A stretch of DNA of 63,283 bases, counting the filler, from Actinomycetota bacterium (GTDB taxonomy: Bacteria > Actinomycetota > CADDZG01 > JAHWKV01 > JAOPZY01), in NCBI GenBank assembly GCA_025963875.1. It is 8 parts of 8 records of this genome, joined end to end, with 100 filler letters (N's around TTAATTAATTAA, not from the genome) between each part and the next. Parts side by side here need not be neighbours in the genome. Positions count along the whole stretch, not along the records: positions 20,541 to 31,692 come from JAOPZY010000266.1; positions 31,793 to 35,371 come from JAOPZY010000091.1; positions 35,472 to 52,938 come from JAOPZY010000017.1; 5 more parts are not named here. One strand, written 5' to 3'. Positions 27,748-36,669 of the stretch are shown one piece after another. The notes under the pieces are model-generated. The model was not told the DNA's origin. It made no database searches and was given only the letters and a program-made list of their open reading frames with translations. How positions within the stretch are numbered: the first letter of the stretch is position 1; every line of letters starts with the position of its first letter. Both the position numbers and the translations under genes were made by a program.

Positions 27748-29151
27748 GTGATGAACGCTGATCCGCCCGTGCCGGTCGAGACCCGGGCCGTCCACCCCTT
27801 GCTGGCCGACGTCTTCGCAGCGCTCGACGCCGCCGAGATCCGGTGGTGCCTCCTCCGGGGCGAGGCGACTCTCGCCGCGCCCAGCGGCGATGTCGACCTG
27901 TTGGTCGATCCCTCCCAGATCCCAGCGATGGAGGCGGCGCTGGCGCCGCTCGCCGTGGTGCCCATCGACAAGTGGGGCGGGGGGGTGCACCGGTCCTTCC
28001 TCGGCTACCACGCCGCGACCGATCAGTGGATCGAGCTCGACGTCGAGCCCGAGCTGGCCTATGGCCCCCACGCCAGTTTCCTCGTGAACTGGATGCTGCC
28101 CAGCCTCCGCACCGGTGTGGCGGCGGGGTGCCTGGCGCGACGCCGCCGGGAGGGCGGCGTCTGGGGCCTCGACCCGGACGATGCGTTCTGGGCCCTCCTG
28201 CTGCACTGCATCGTCGACAAGGGGTCGGTGGCGGAGCGGCACCAGGGCCGCCTCTCCCACCTGGCACCTGTGGCGTCGCCAACGGGGGAGTTCGGCGAGC
28301 TCGTGGGCAGGCATTGCCCGCCCGGATGGGACGCCACCCGGATCATCGAGGCCGCGGCGGCGGGGAGCTGGGACGAGCTTGTTGCGGTCGGGGCGGAGCT
28401 CCCCCGGCAGGCGACTGCGGCGCACCCCCTGGCCACCCGGGCGGAGGGGTTGCTCCGCGGGCTGGGACGGCTGCCGGCAGGGGCGTGGAGGATGCGCCAC
28501 GGTCGGGGGTTCAGCGTCGCGCTCCTGGGGCCGGACGGTGCCGGGAAGTCCACCCTCTCCTCGGGGATCGTCGCCAACTTCGGCCTGCCGGCCAGCCTCG
28601 TCTACATGGGGCTGTGGCAGGGCGAGGAGGGCCAGCGACGCTCCATTCTCCGGGCCGGGCTCGCCGCCGCCAACCGGCCCGTCAAGGTGTGGCGCCGCTA
28701 CCTGAACAGCCGGTACCACCGGGCAAAGGGTGAGCTGGTGATCTTCGACCGCCACGTCTACGACGCCCTCCTCCCGCCCGCGCCCCCGCTCGTGTGGGCG
28801 AAACGTCTCTTCTTCGGGTTCCTTGCCCACTCGGCTCCTGGGCCGCACCTGGTGCTGGTGCTCGACCTGCCGAGTGAGGTGACCATCCAGCGGCGCCCCG
28901 AGGAACGGCCCGACCATCTCGAAGCGCTGCGGGCCCAGTACCGTGCGCTCGCAGAGCGCCTCCACCGGGCGCAGCTCATGTCGGCGGCCGGGACGCCCGA
29001 CGAGATGCGGATCGATGCCACGGATCGCATCTGGCGGGCGTATGCCACCAGGCGCTCGGCCCGAGGCGCCCCTCAAGGCGCCGGATACTCACCCGAGGCA
29101 CCCGTCAAGGCGCCGGATACTCAGCGGGATCCTAGTGCTGCCTCGCATTAA
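27748..29151 (+). CDS. Nucleotidyltransferase-like / thymidylate-kinase-like fusion; last codons altered by the insertion
   Basis: WCLLRG..SGDVDLLV NTase motif; GPDGAGKST P-loop; IFDR; VLVLD. Confidence 0.75.
   Translation: MMNADPPVPVETRAVHPLLADVFAALDAAEIRWCLLRGEATLAAPSGDVDLLVDPSQIPAMEAALAPLAVVPIDKWGGGVHRSFLGYHAATDQWIELDVEPELAYGPHASFLVNWMLPSLRTGVAAGCLARRRREGGVWGLDPDDAFWALLLHCIVDKGSVAERHQGRLSHLAPVASPTGEFGELVGRHCPPGWDATRIIEAAAAGSWDELVAVGAELPRQATAAHPLATRAEGLLRGLGRLPAGAWRMRHGRGFSVALLGPDGAGKSTLSSGIVANFGLPASLVYMGLWQGEEGQRRSILRAGLAAANRPVKVWRRYLNSRYHRAKGELVIFDRHVYDALLPPAPPLVWAKRLFFGFLAHSAPGPHLVLVLDLPSEVTIQRRPEERPDHLEALRAQYRALAERLHRAQLMSAAGTPDEMRIDATDRIWRAYATRRSARGAPQGAGYSPEAPVKAPDTQRDPSAASH
29060..29123 (+). 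repeat. Tandem 32-bp duplication
   Basis: cccgaggcgcccctcaaggcgccggatactca / cccgaggcacccgtcaaggcgccggatactca (30/32). Confidence 0.9.
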
Positions 29152-30682
29152 TAACAGTCAGTTGATTTGGCCTCCACATCTTCGAGATGAGAAGGGTCGC
29201 CTCTCTTTCAAACTTTCTTCGCCGGGCCTGGAAAGGCGGCGTTTTCTGTCGGTACCCGTCGCTATCCTTGCGAACATGTGTTCTGCTAGTTCGGTCCACC
29301 GCACTGCCAGGATCGCCCTGCGGACCACCTCTGCCCAGCGCCGTCGCTGCTACGGCCTGCTGCGCTCCGCCGGGGACGTGTGGGCCTGGGTGATCGACGG
29401 GAACCGCCGGCTCCGGGAGCAGCACCGCCCCGAGGTGGCCAACTTCTCGGCCCTGTGCCGGGAGCTCACGGGCACAAGCTTCGGGGAGCTGTCGCGGCAG
29501 TGCGCCGAGGCGGTCCTGAAGAACTACTCCACTGCCTTCTTCGAGGCTGCCAAGCGCCAGAGGCTGGGTGTACGGGCCGGGTTCCCCCGGCGCAAGCGGG
29601 CACTGGTCCCGGTGCGCTTTCGCAAGGGATGCTTCGCCGTTGACGACTCCCGCGTCCGGCTCAGGGTTTCCAAGGGCGCTCCCGAGCTGTGGGTGCGCCT
29701 CGGCAGGGAGGTCCCCTACCCGGCGGAGAGCATCCGCTCGGTCACCCTCGTCGCCGAGGCTGGACGGCTTTACCTCGATGTCACGGTCGAGGTGGCGGTC
29801 GAGGTGCACGACCTGGATCCCACGAGGACGGCAGGGGTTGACCTCGGCATCATCCATCCCTACGCCGTGGTTGCCGGCGACGAGGGCTTCCTGGTCTCGG
29901 GCCGGGCCATCCGCTCCGAGGAGCGCCTGCACCTCGAGGACACCAAGCGACGGTCCCAGAAGGCGGCGGCAAGGGCTCCGAGCAAGGGACAGAAAGGTAG
30001 TCGCCGATGGCGGCGCCACCGGGCATCCCAGCGCAGAGCCGAGGCCCGTCACCGCCGCAGGGTCCGCCAAGGCCAGCACGAGGCGGCCAAGGGTGTGGTG
30101 TCGTGGCTGGTGGAGCACAGGGTGGGCACCGTGGTCGTCGGCGATCCCAAAGGCATCACCACCCGGGACCGCGGACGACAGCAGAACCTGCGGCTTCGCA
30201 ACTGGCGGCGCACGCATCTCATGGCGTGCCTGAGCAACAAGGCCGAGCTGGCGGGGATCGCCGTGGTGCTCGTGAACGAGCGGGGGACGTCGTCCACCTG
30301 CCCGGAGTGCCGCAAGGCGGTCCCCAAGCCCAAGGGACGCTCCTTCTCCTGCCCTTACTGCGGGCACACGGGCCACCGGGATCTCGTCGGTGCCCGAAAC
30401 ATCGCCGCACGAGGCGGCGGATCCACGCGTGCTCCCGCACGCGTCACGCACCGTCGGGCTGGGACTGTCCCAGCACGGCGTGACCGGCGCCGTCACCTCT
30501 ACGATGAGCGCAGGTCCTGCCCGGCACCGGGCCGCCCGGGGGGACCCGGGAGTCGCTCGCAGGCGAGCCGTCCAGGGGTCGGGTCTCCGGCTCCGGGGAC
30601 GGTTCATACCGTCGACAACGGCACCCTGCGAGGATCGCAGAGATCCGACGCCAACATGCGTGGGACTTATGCGGGGGTGCAT
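29135..30682 (+). mobile_element. Non-autonomous TnpB-encoding element, 1548 bp, with imperfect TIRs and TA duplication in a CTAG site
   Basis: TA at 29133-34 and 30683-84; ends GTGCTGCCTCGCATTAAT / revcomp ATGCACCCCCGCATAAGT; removal restores GGGATCCTAGGTCCC and a coupled operon. Confidence 0.75.
29247..29283 (+). promoter_or_regulatory. RecA-NDp/PafBC-type promoter (TGTCGG-N10-TATCCT) plus LexA box (GAAC-ATGT-GTTC) over the tnpB start
   Basis: TGTCGG 29247-52, TATCCT 29263-68, GAACATGTGTTC 29272-83, ATG 29276. Confidence 0.75.
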
Positions 30683-30685
30683 TAG
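29276..30685 (+). CDS. tnpB: RNA-guided endonuclease TnpB family protein
   Basis: RuvC-I AGVDLGI, RuvC-II VVVGD, zinc ribbon TSSTCPEC...CPYCG, RuvC-III HRDLVGARNI. Confidence 0.92.
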   Translation: MCSASSVHRTARIALRTTSAQRRRCYGLLRSAGDVWAWVIDGNRRLREQHRPEVANFSALCRELTGTSFGELSRQCAEAVLKNYSTAFFEAAKRQRLGVRAGFPRRKRALVPVRFRKGCFAVDDSRVRLRVSKGAPELWVRLGREVPYPAESIRSVTLVAEAGRLYLDVTVEVAVEVHDLDPTRTAGVDLGIIHPYAVVAGDEGFLVSGRAIRSEERLHLEDTKRRSQKAAARAPSKGQKGSRRWRRHRASQRRAEARHRRRVRQGQHEAAKGVVSWLVEHRVGTVVVGDPKGITTRDRGRQQNLRLRNWRRTHLMACLSNKAELAGIAVVLVNERGTSSTCPECRKAVPKPKGRSFSCPYCGHTGHRDLVGARNIAARGGGSTRAPARVTHRRAGTVPARRDRRRHLYDERRSCPAPGRPGGPGSRSQASRPGVGSPAPGTVHTVDNGTLRGSQRSDANMRGTYAGVH

Positions 30686-30690
30686 GTCCC

Positions 30691-31692
30691 GTGCGTAGGG
30701 CTAGCGCTGGCGTCTCGCTCGTCCAGGCCCGCCTCCGGCGAACCCTGGACGGCCGCCGGCGGATGGGCGAGGCCACCGATCTGCTGCCCTCGGTTCTCCG
30801 GGAGATCGTCGCCCAGTCCGGCCTCGAGGAAGCCGCAGGCTGGGTCCTGCAGGCGGCCCACCTCTCCGGCACCCAGGTGGCGGTGCTGATGGTCGGGGCG
30901 CCGGGCGAGCCGGCGGCTGCCGTCGTGAAGATGCCCGCCACACCCGGCGGCGTCGCAAGCCAGCGCCGGGAGGCCGAGGCCCTCGCAGCCCTGAGGGCCG
31001 AGCGGTCGCTGGGAGAGCTGGCGGAGCTGATCCCCGGCCGCTTGGCCGAAGGCGAGCTCGGCGGGATCGCCTACACCGTGGAGCGGGCGGTTCCCGGTGT
31101 CGAGGGCCGCGTGCTGCTCGGCGATCCCTCGATGAGAGACCGGGTCGTGGCGGCGGCGGCTGCTGTCATCGGCCGCTTCCATCAGGCGACGTCGACCCAG
31201 GTGGTGGTCGACGACGAGCTGCTGGAGCGCTGGGTAGGCAGCAGGGTCCGCCTCCTGGCCCCCGCCACCCGCAACGCTGCAGCGCTGGAGCGTCTGGAGC
31301 AGCTCCTCCGCCGGGCCTGGGAGGGCCGGAGCGTGGACGTCGCCTGGGTCCACGGCGACTACTGGCCGGCCAACGTCATCTTCGACAACGACGCTGCCTC
31401 GGCGGACGCTCCGCGGGTGGCAGGCATCATCGACTGGGAGTGGGCAGCCGCCCGGGAGCTCCCGGCCCACGACCTCCTCTACCTGGTGGTCCACATGCGG
31501 ATGCTGGCGGAGGGCAGGGAGCTCGGCCCCGTCGTCCAGTCTTTCCTGACGGGCGAGGCGGGCGTGGCCGTCGACCGGGAGACGCTCCTGTTGGTGTGGC
31601 TGCGCCACGTCGCCTACAACCTGACCCAGTCGCCGGGCGACGCCCGCAACTGGATCTGGACCAGCCGCAACGTCGACACGGTCCTGCGTTCG
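30691..31692 (+). CDS. Aminoglycoside phosphotransferase (APH)-fold kinase, 3'-truncated
   Basis: VVKMP, HGDYWPANV Brenner motif, IIDWE. Confidence 0.85.
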
Positions 31693-31792
31693 NNNNNNNN
31701 NNNNNNNNNNNNNNNNNNNNNNNNNNNNNNNNNNNNTTAATTAATTAANNNNNNNNNNNNNNNNNNNNNNNNNNNNNNNNNNNNNNNNNNNN
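31693..31792. other. Artificial contig linker
   Basis: N-run/TTAATTAATTAA/N-run. Confidence 0.99.
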
Positions 31793-31799
31793 GGCTTCG

Positions 31800-31874
31800 T
31801 TCCGGTCCTTCCAGTACCTGCTCCAGCCCACCGCCCGCCAGGCCCGGGCGCTCGAGCACCTGCTCGGGGTGCAG
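31800..31874 (+). pseudogene. Remnant of the N-terminal HTH of a second tnpB
   Basis: FRSFQYLLQPTARQARALEHLLGVQ resembles the IS605 OrfB N-terminus; similarity stops abruptly. Confidence 0.55.
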
Positions 31875-31982
31875 CCAGCGGCGTCAAAAGCGCGAAGCGG
31901 AGGCCGGCGCGGCATGACCACGCAGGTTGTTCCTCGCGGGCACCTAGTCCGGCACCGAGGACCTAGGCCACCGCCTCAAGGA

Positions 31983-33800
31983 TCATGTCACCGCCCCAAG
32001 GATCATGTCCTTGAAGCGGTGGTACATGAGGGAGCACGCAAGCAGCAGGCAGCCGACGCCGATGAATGCCAGGACCCGCTCACCGGTGCTGAGCGTCCAC
32101 AGGTCCACCACGAGCATCTTGGCGACGGTCGCCGCGAACAGCCCGAGCGCCGCCAGGCGCGCCCAGCGCTGGCGTGTGGCGACGCCCACCGCGAGCAGGA
32201 TGCCGGCGTAGAGACCCCAGATGGTCGACAGGCTGAACTGCAGCGGCTGCCATCCGATCCCGCCTTGGACGGCGTGATAGTGGGCGATGGCTTCAGCGGT
32301 CATCCATGCGACGGCGAGGCCGTTGGCCGCGACCGCGTACCACGGGAACCACAGGCGCGGCGAGTCCGGGTCGGCGTCGCGGGAGAAGAGGAAGGCGTCC
32401 ACCGCGAGCGCCCCCACCACGGCCAGGACGGTGGCCGACCCCGTCGACAGGATCAGGTGGGGTGGGCGGTACCGGTCGAAGAGCAGGCGCAGCGTCACGA
32501 CGGCGCCCCCGCCCAGGATCGCGGCGCCCAGGGTCCGCACGGCGACCGACCGTCCCCGCATGCCGGCCCACGTGACTGCGACGCCCTCGCCGGCCCAGGC
32601 GAGCGCAAGTGCGAAGCGGTGGAACTGCAGCGGGATCGCGACGGTCGTGGCCGCCACGCAGAGCACCCACAGGAACCGACGCAGCGGCAGGTCCCGGGGC
32701 GCGACGGCGCCTGCCAGCCCGGCCAGCCCGGCGAAGGCGGCTGCGAGCCCGAAGGTGAAGATGCCGCGGAGGTCGGCATGGCCGGCCCGCGTCAGCAGGA
32801 ACATGCTGTAGCTGAAGTACGCTGCCGCGCTGACTGCGAGCATCACCCCGTCCACCTCGTCGCTCGGCTGCCCGTCGCGGCGGGCGGGCGCAAGGGTGGC
32901 GAAGATGGGCACGGCGATGAAGAGCAGGAGGAATGCGGTGGCGAAGGCCTCGGCAACGCCGAAGCCCACGGTGGACAGGCCGATACCGAACAGCAACCAG
33001 GTGCCGGCCCGGGCCAGCGCATCGAGGGGCCGCCAGGCCTTGAAGAAGGCCAGGGCGAGGACGCCGGCATCGAGGACCGCGAGGTACGTGTAGAACTGGA
33101 TCCCCTGAACCTTGCCACCCTGCCAGGCGAGGAACGGGTTGAGGAAGCCGCCGATGGTGGCCAGGATGGCCAGGGCCAGCGAATCGTAGACGTAGGCCAG
33201 CGTGGCGCTCCCGGCGGTGACCGCGAGCAGGGCGGCGAACGTGACGGGCGCGGAGATGAGGTGGTACGCAAGGTTGGCGACGATCACCGAGAGGTAGCAG
33301 ATGGCGATGCCGCCGGCTGTCACTGCCTGACAGAAGGTGTGCCAGCCCTTGCCCCGAGCCCAGTAGCCCCATGCGACGAACCCCAGACCGGCCAGGAGCC
33401 CGATCAGCACCCTGAGCTGCTCCGTGATGAACCCGCGGTCGATCCCGTACTTGAAGGCGAAGCCAGCCCCGATGAGCATCGCCAGCGCCCCGCCGCGTGC
33501 GAACCAGGTCCCCACGAGCCTCGCCTCGTCGGGGGCCGTTCGCACGGACCCACCCGGGAGGCCCGGAGCGGCGGCTCGTGGCTGACGGCGCCGGGGCTGG
33601 CTCACCCACGGCGGGCCGCCCTGGGATCGCTGTTGCGCGGCCTTCGCCTGGGCGGCCGCCCCTGTGGCCGTGGGAGCCTGCCCCTGGGCCACGCCGCCGC
33701 TGTGCCAGAGGATCCCCCTCATGATGCCGACGTCGCGCTCCAGCACTTCCACGCGAGCCGCCAGTCGGTCGATCTCGTCGTCGTGCTGATCCGAACCCAT
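31983..33800 (-). CDS. DUF2339-like polytopic membrane protein
   Basis: RLAARVEVLE coil, EARLVGTWFARGG, many TM segments, KMLVVDL...ERVLAF. Confidence 0.8.
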   Translation of the reverse strand: MGSDQHDDEIDRLAARVEVLERDVGIMRGILWHSGGVAQGQAPTATGAAAQAKAAQQRSQGGPPWVSQPRRRQPRAAAPGLPGGSVRTAPDEARLVGTWFARGGALAMLIGAGFAFKYGIDRGFITEQLRVLIGLLAGLGFVAWGYWARGKGWHTFCQAVTAGGIAICYLSVIVANLAYHLISAPVTFAALLAVTAGSATLAYVYDSLALAILATIGGFLNPFLAWQGGKVQGIQFYTYLAVLDAGVLALAFFKAWRPLDALARAGTWLLFGIGLSTVGFGVAEAFATAFLLLFIAVPIFATLAPARRDGQPSDEVDGVMLAVSAAAYFSYSMFLLTRAGHADLRGIFTFGLAAAFAGLAGLAGAVAPRDLPLRRFLWVLCVAATTVAIPLQFHRFALALAWAGEGVAVTWAGMRGRSVAVRTLGAAILGGGAVVTLRLLFDRYRPPHLILSTGSATVLAVVGALAVDAFLFSRDADPDSPRLWFPWYAVAANGLAVAWMTAEAIAHYHAVQGGIGWQPLQFSLSTIWGLYAGILLAVGVATRQRWARLAALGLFAATVAKMLVVDLWTLSTGERVLAFIGVGCLLLACSLMYHRFKDMILGAVT

Positions 33801-33922
33801 GCGGTCTCCTCACAAGATGTGCGTCGATGTCCGCAAATAATGTCGGCAGGATCAGACGAGAAAAGAACCCATTCCGGGAAAACCGAGGCACGGGACCGAG
33901 GTGAGGAGGAAAGGTGTTGCTA

Positions 33923-34111
33923 GAGGGGGGCCTCCGAGGTTGTACACGGCCCGTTTACCGCCCGAATTGCTCCGTTTCCGACCGGCCCCGGTCCGAAGTT
34001 GGGAGCGAATCGCGCGCATACGCGCTCTAGGCTCCCAACCTCCTCCTCCGGCCCCCTGGGTGGCGCGGAGATCCCGAGAAAGCCATACCCCGGCTCGTCA
34101 TTCTGCGACAG
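33923..34111 (-). repeat. About 190-bp intergenic repeat, copy A
   Basis: Reverse complement of 62260-62448 with high identity; GTTGGGAGC...GCTCCCAAC hairpin. Confidence 0.9.
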
Positions 34112-34463
34112 TCCCTATGGCCCGGGCGGCCACCAACGAGGCATGAAAGGGGGGGACCAGATCGCGGCCGAAGAGGCCCTTGCGCCCTTGGCACCACGCC
34201 GGAGGGGGCGACCCCAGCTGAGCATCGACAGTCTGAGCTGCATTTTCGCGCAGGCGGGCCCCCCAATTTCACCCCAGCCTGTCTAGGTACCAAAAACTCC
34301 TCACCTTGGTTCCCGCCTCAGGGAGTGCGGGGCGGCACGGGAACTCGGTGCGTTCCGGCATCGTTCTGGAGAAGAGCAGGCCTCCTCGCGGTTGCCCGTT
34401 CCTTCCGCAAACCGCCCACCCCGGGCGGCCGCGTGGGGGGCCGCTCCCCTCCTCTCGCCTCCT

Positions 34464-35020
34464 TCAGCCCACGTCCATCACGTAGCCCCGGTTGTGCACC
34501 CTCCGCACGACGAGGCCCAGCGGCGCGATCCGCTTGCGGAGCCGCGAGATGCTCACCCGGAGGGCATTCGGCGACGGCTGGCGGACCACGGATGCGGCAG
34601 CCTGCACCGTCGGGTGGTCGACGACCTCCCCGAAGTGCTCCGAGAGGACGTGGGCCACCGACTCTTCGATGCCGGTCAGCCCCACCCAATGGCCGCGAAA
34701 CGTCAGCCGCCCATCCCCCTTCACCTCCGGGGGCTGGGCATGGCGGGCCGCCCGGGCGGCCACCGTCGAGATCCGGACGCGCATGTCGGCGTCCTCGGCG
34801 GGCAGCCGGATCCAGTCCTCGTCGCAGTCGTCGGTCGCGGGGGCAGCGGCGTCCGGCGCGACGAGCAGCAGTCGTGGCTGCCCGAGGGTGCGCAGGCGTT
34901 CCAGGGTGGCCGCCTCCTCAGGCCAGCGCACGATGACGACATCGGACGCACCCGAGGCCGCCCGCAAGACCCCGGGGTACGCCGTACCGTCGGTGGAGCG
35001 TAGCAGCGCGCTCTGGCTCA

Positions 35021-35021
<1 letters not shown>
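34464..35021 (-). CDS. Winged-helix (OmpR C-terminal type) regulator with degenerate N-terminus
   Basis: NALRVSISRLRKRI...VRRVHNRGYVM; start overlaps the PII stop. Confidence 0.75.
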
Positions 35022-35371
<350 letters not shown>

Positions 35372-35471
35372 NNNNNNNNNNNNNNNNNNNNNNNNNNNNN
35401 NNNNNNNNNNNNNNNTTAATTAATTAANNNNNNNNNNNNNNNNNNNNNNNNNNNNNNNNNNNNNNNNNNNN
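35372..35471. other. Artificial contig linker
   Basis: N-run/TTAATTAATTAA/N-run. Confidence 0.99.
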
Positions 35472-36085
35472 GTCACCCCCAGGTGGAGGGGGTAGTCGCA
35501 GCTGGCGGCCAGCAGGCGGTAGGCGGCGATCATCTGCGCGACGTTCTGGTGCTTGACCGAGATCTTGATGTCCGAGAAGCCCTCGTCCTCGAGGATCCTC
35601 ACCTCGGTCAAGGCGCTCTCCACCAAGGCCTCGGGAGTGGGGCCGCCGTGGCGCGCCACGATGCCCCGGTCGAGCGAACCGGCGTTGGCGCCGACGCGGA
35701 TCGGGACCTTGCGGTCGGCCGCCTCGCGGACGACGGTGCGGATCTGGCCGTCGTCACGGATGTTGCCGGGATTCAGCCGCAGCCCCTGCACGCCCGCCTC
35801 GAGGGCCATGAGGGCGAGGCGGTAGGAGAAGTGGATGTCGGCGACGATGGGGACGCCCGCCTGGGCGACGATCGCCGGTAGTGCCCGGGCGTCGCCCTCG
35901 TGGGGCACCGCCACCCGGACGATGTCCGCCCCCTGGGTGGCGAGGGCGTGGACCTGGATCAGCGTGGCGCCGATGTCCTCGGTCTTCGTGATGGTCATCG
36001 ACTGGATGGAGATGGGCGCGCCCCCGCCGATGTCGACGGTGCCGAGGCGGATGCGCCGGGAGGCGCGGCGTTCAGCAAGCATCAT
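35472..36085 (-). CDS. ispG: HMBPP synthase, 3'-truncated
   Basis: IGGGAPISIQSM, VADIHF, RLNPGNI, YPLHLGV. Confidence 0.96.
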
Positions 36086-36218
36086 GATTCCTCTGTCCCG
36101 AAGGCGGGTGCGTGACCGGGGGCGCCACGCTCAAGGTTCGATGTGGAGTAGGTCGTGAGCGCAGCTTACCGCCAATACTCGCCGGCGTGAGCGGCGTCAC
36201 GGATTCTCAATATCGCAG

Positions 36219-36611
36219 TCAGGCAAGGTCCATCTCGAACCAGACGCAGGTGGAAGGCCGGTCCCTGATCCCCCACCGGTCCGCAATGCGACCGAGGAGG
36301 AAAAGGCCCCAGCCGGCCCCCAGGTCCGGGGTCTGCGGGGGGGCGGGGACATCGAACCCCGAGCCGGGGTCACGGACCTCCACGCGCAACGTCGCCGGCT
36401 CCAGCTGAACGACCAGGTGGATGGCATCGCCCGCACCGAGGGCGCTGTGGCGCAGGCTGTTGGTCACGAGTTCGGTCACGAGCAACCGGACATCGTCGAA
36501 GTAGCGGGCGGGAACGTGGGGGGCGAGTTCACCGAGGGCCTTGCGGGCCTCCCGGGCAGCCTCGGGACTAGCGGGTAGTTCGCGGTCCAGCCTGATACGA
36601 GGGACGCCCAT
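36219..36611 (-). CDS. RsbW-like HATPase (anti-sigma factor type)
   Basis: LLVTELVTNSLRH, VEVRDPGSGF, GWGLFLL, VWFE. Confidence 0.85.
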   Translation of the reverse strand: MGVPRIRLDRELPASPEAAREARKALGELAPHVPARYFDDVRLLVTELVTNSLRHSALGAGDAIHLVVQLEPATLRVEVRDPGSGFDVPAPPQTPDLGAGWGLFLLGRIADRWGIRDRPSTCVWFEMDLA

Positions 36612-36669
36612 ACGTAAAGGAGCCTACCCGTGGGTATGCCGGTCCATGACCACGAAGTTGAACGTGCAA

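Noticed and set aside
26281..29076. Long antisense ORFs (931 aa here; also 38133-41123, 31869-33923, 1736-3535)
   Set aside because: Shadow frames of real high-GC genes, with no recognisable motifs.
29060..29123. Possible mini-CRISPR array beside tnpB (Cas12-like system)
   Set aside because: Only two abutting units with no unique spacer, lying outside the element in a coding tail.
28943..29275. N-terminal extension of the 580-aa TnpB ORF
   Set aside because: It crosses the element boundary and promoter; ATG 29276 fits a leaderless start.
33901..34146. Similar short ORFs across repeat copies (PPELLRFRPA..VRSWERIAR)
   Set aside because: A by-product of the DNA repeat; indels change the frame between copies and there is no common start.
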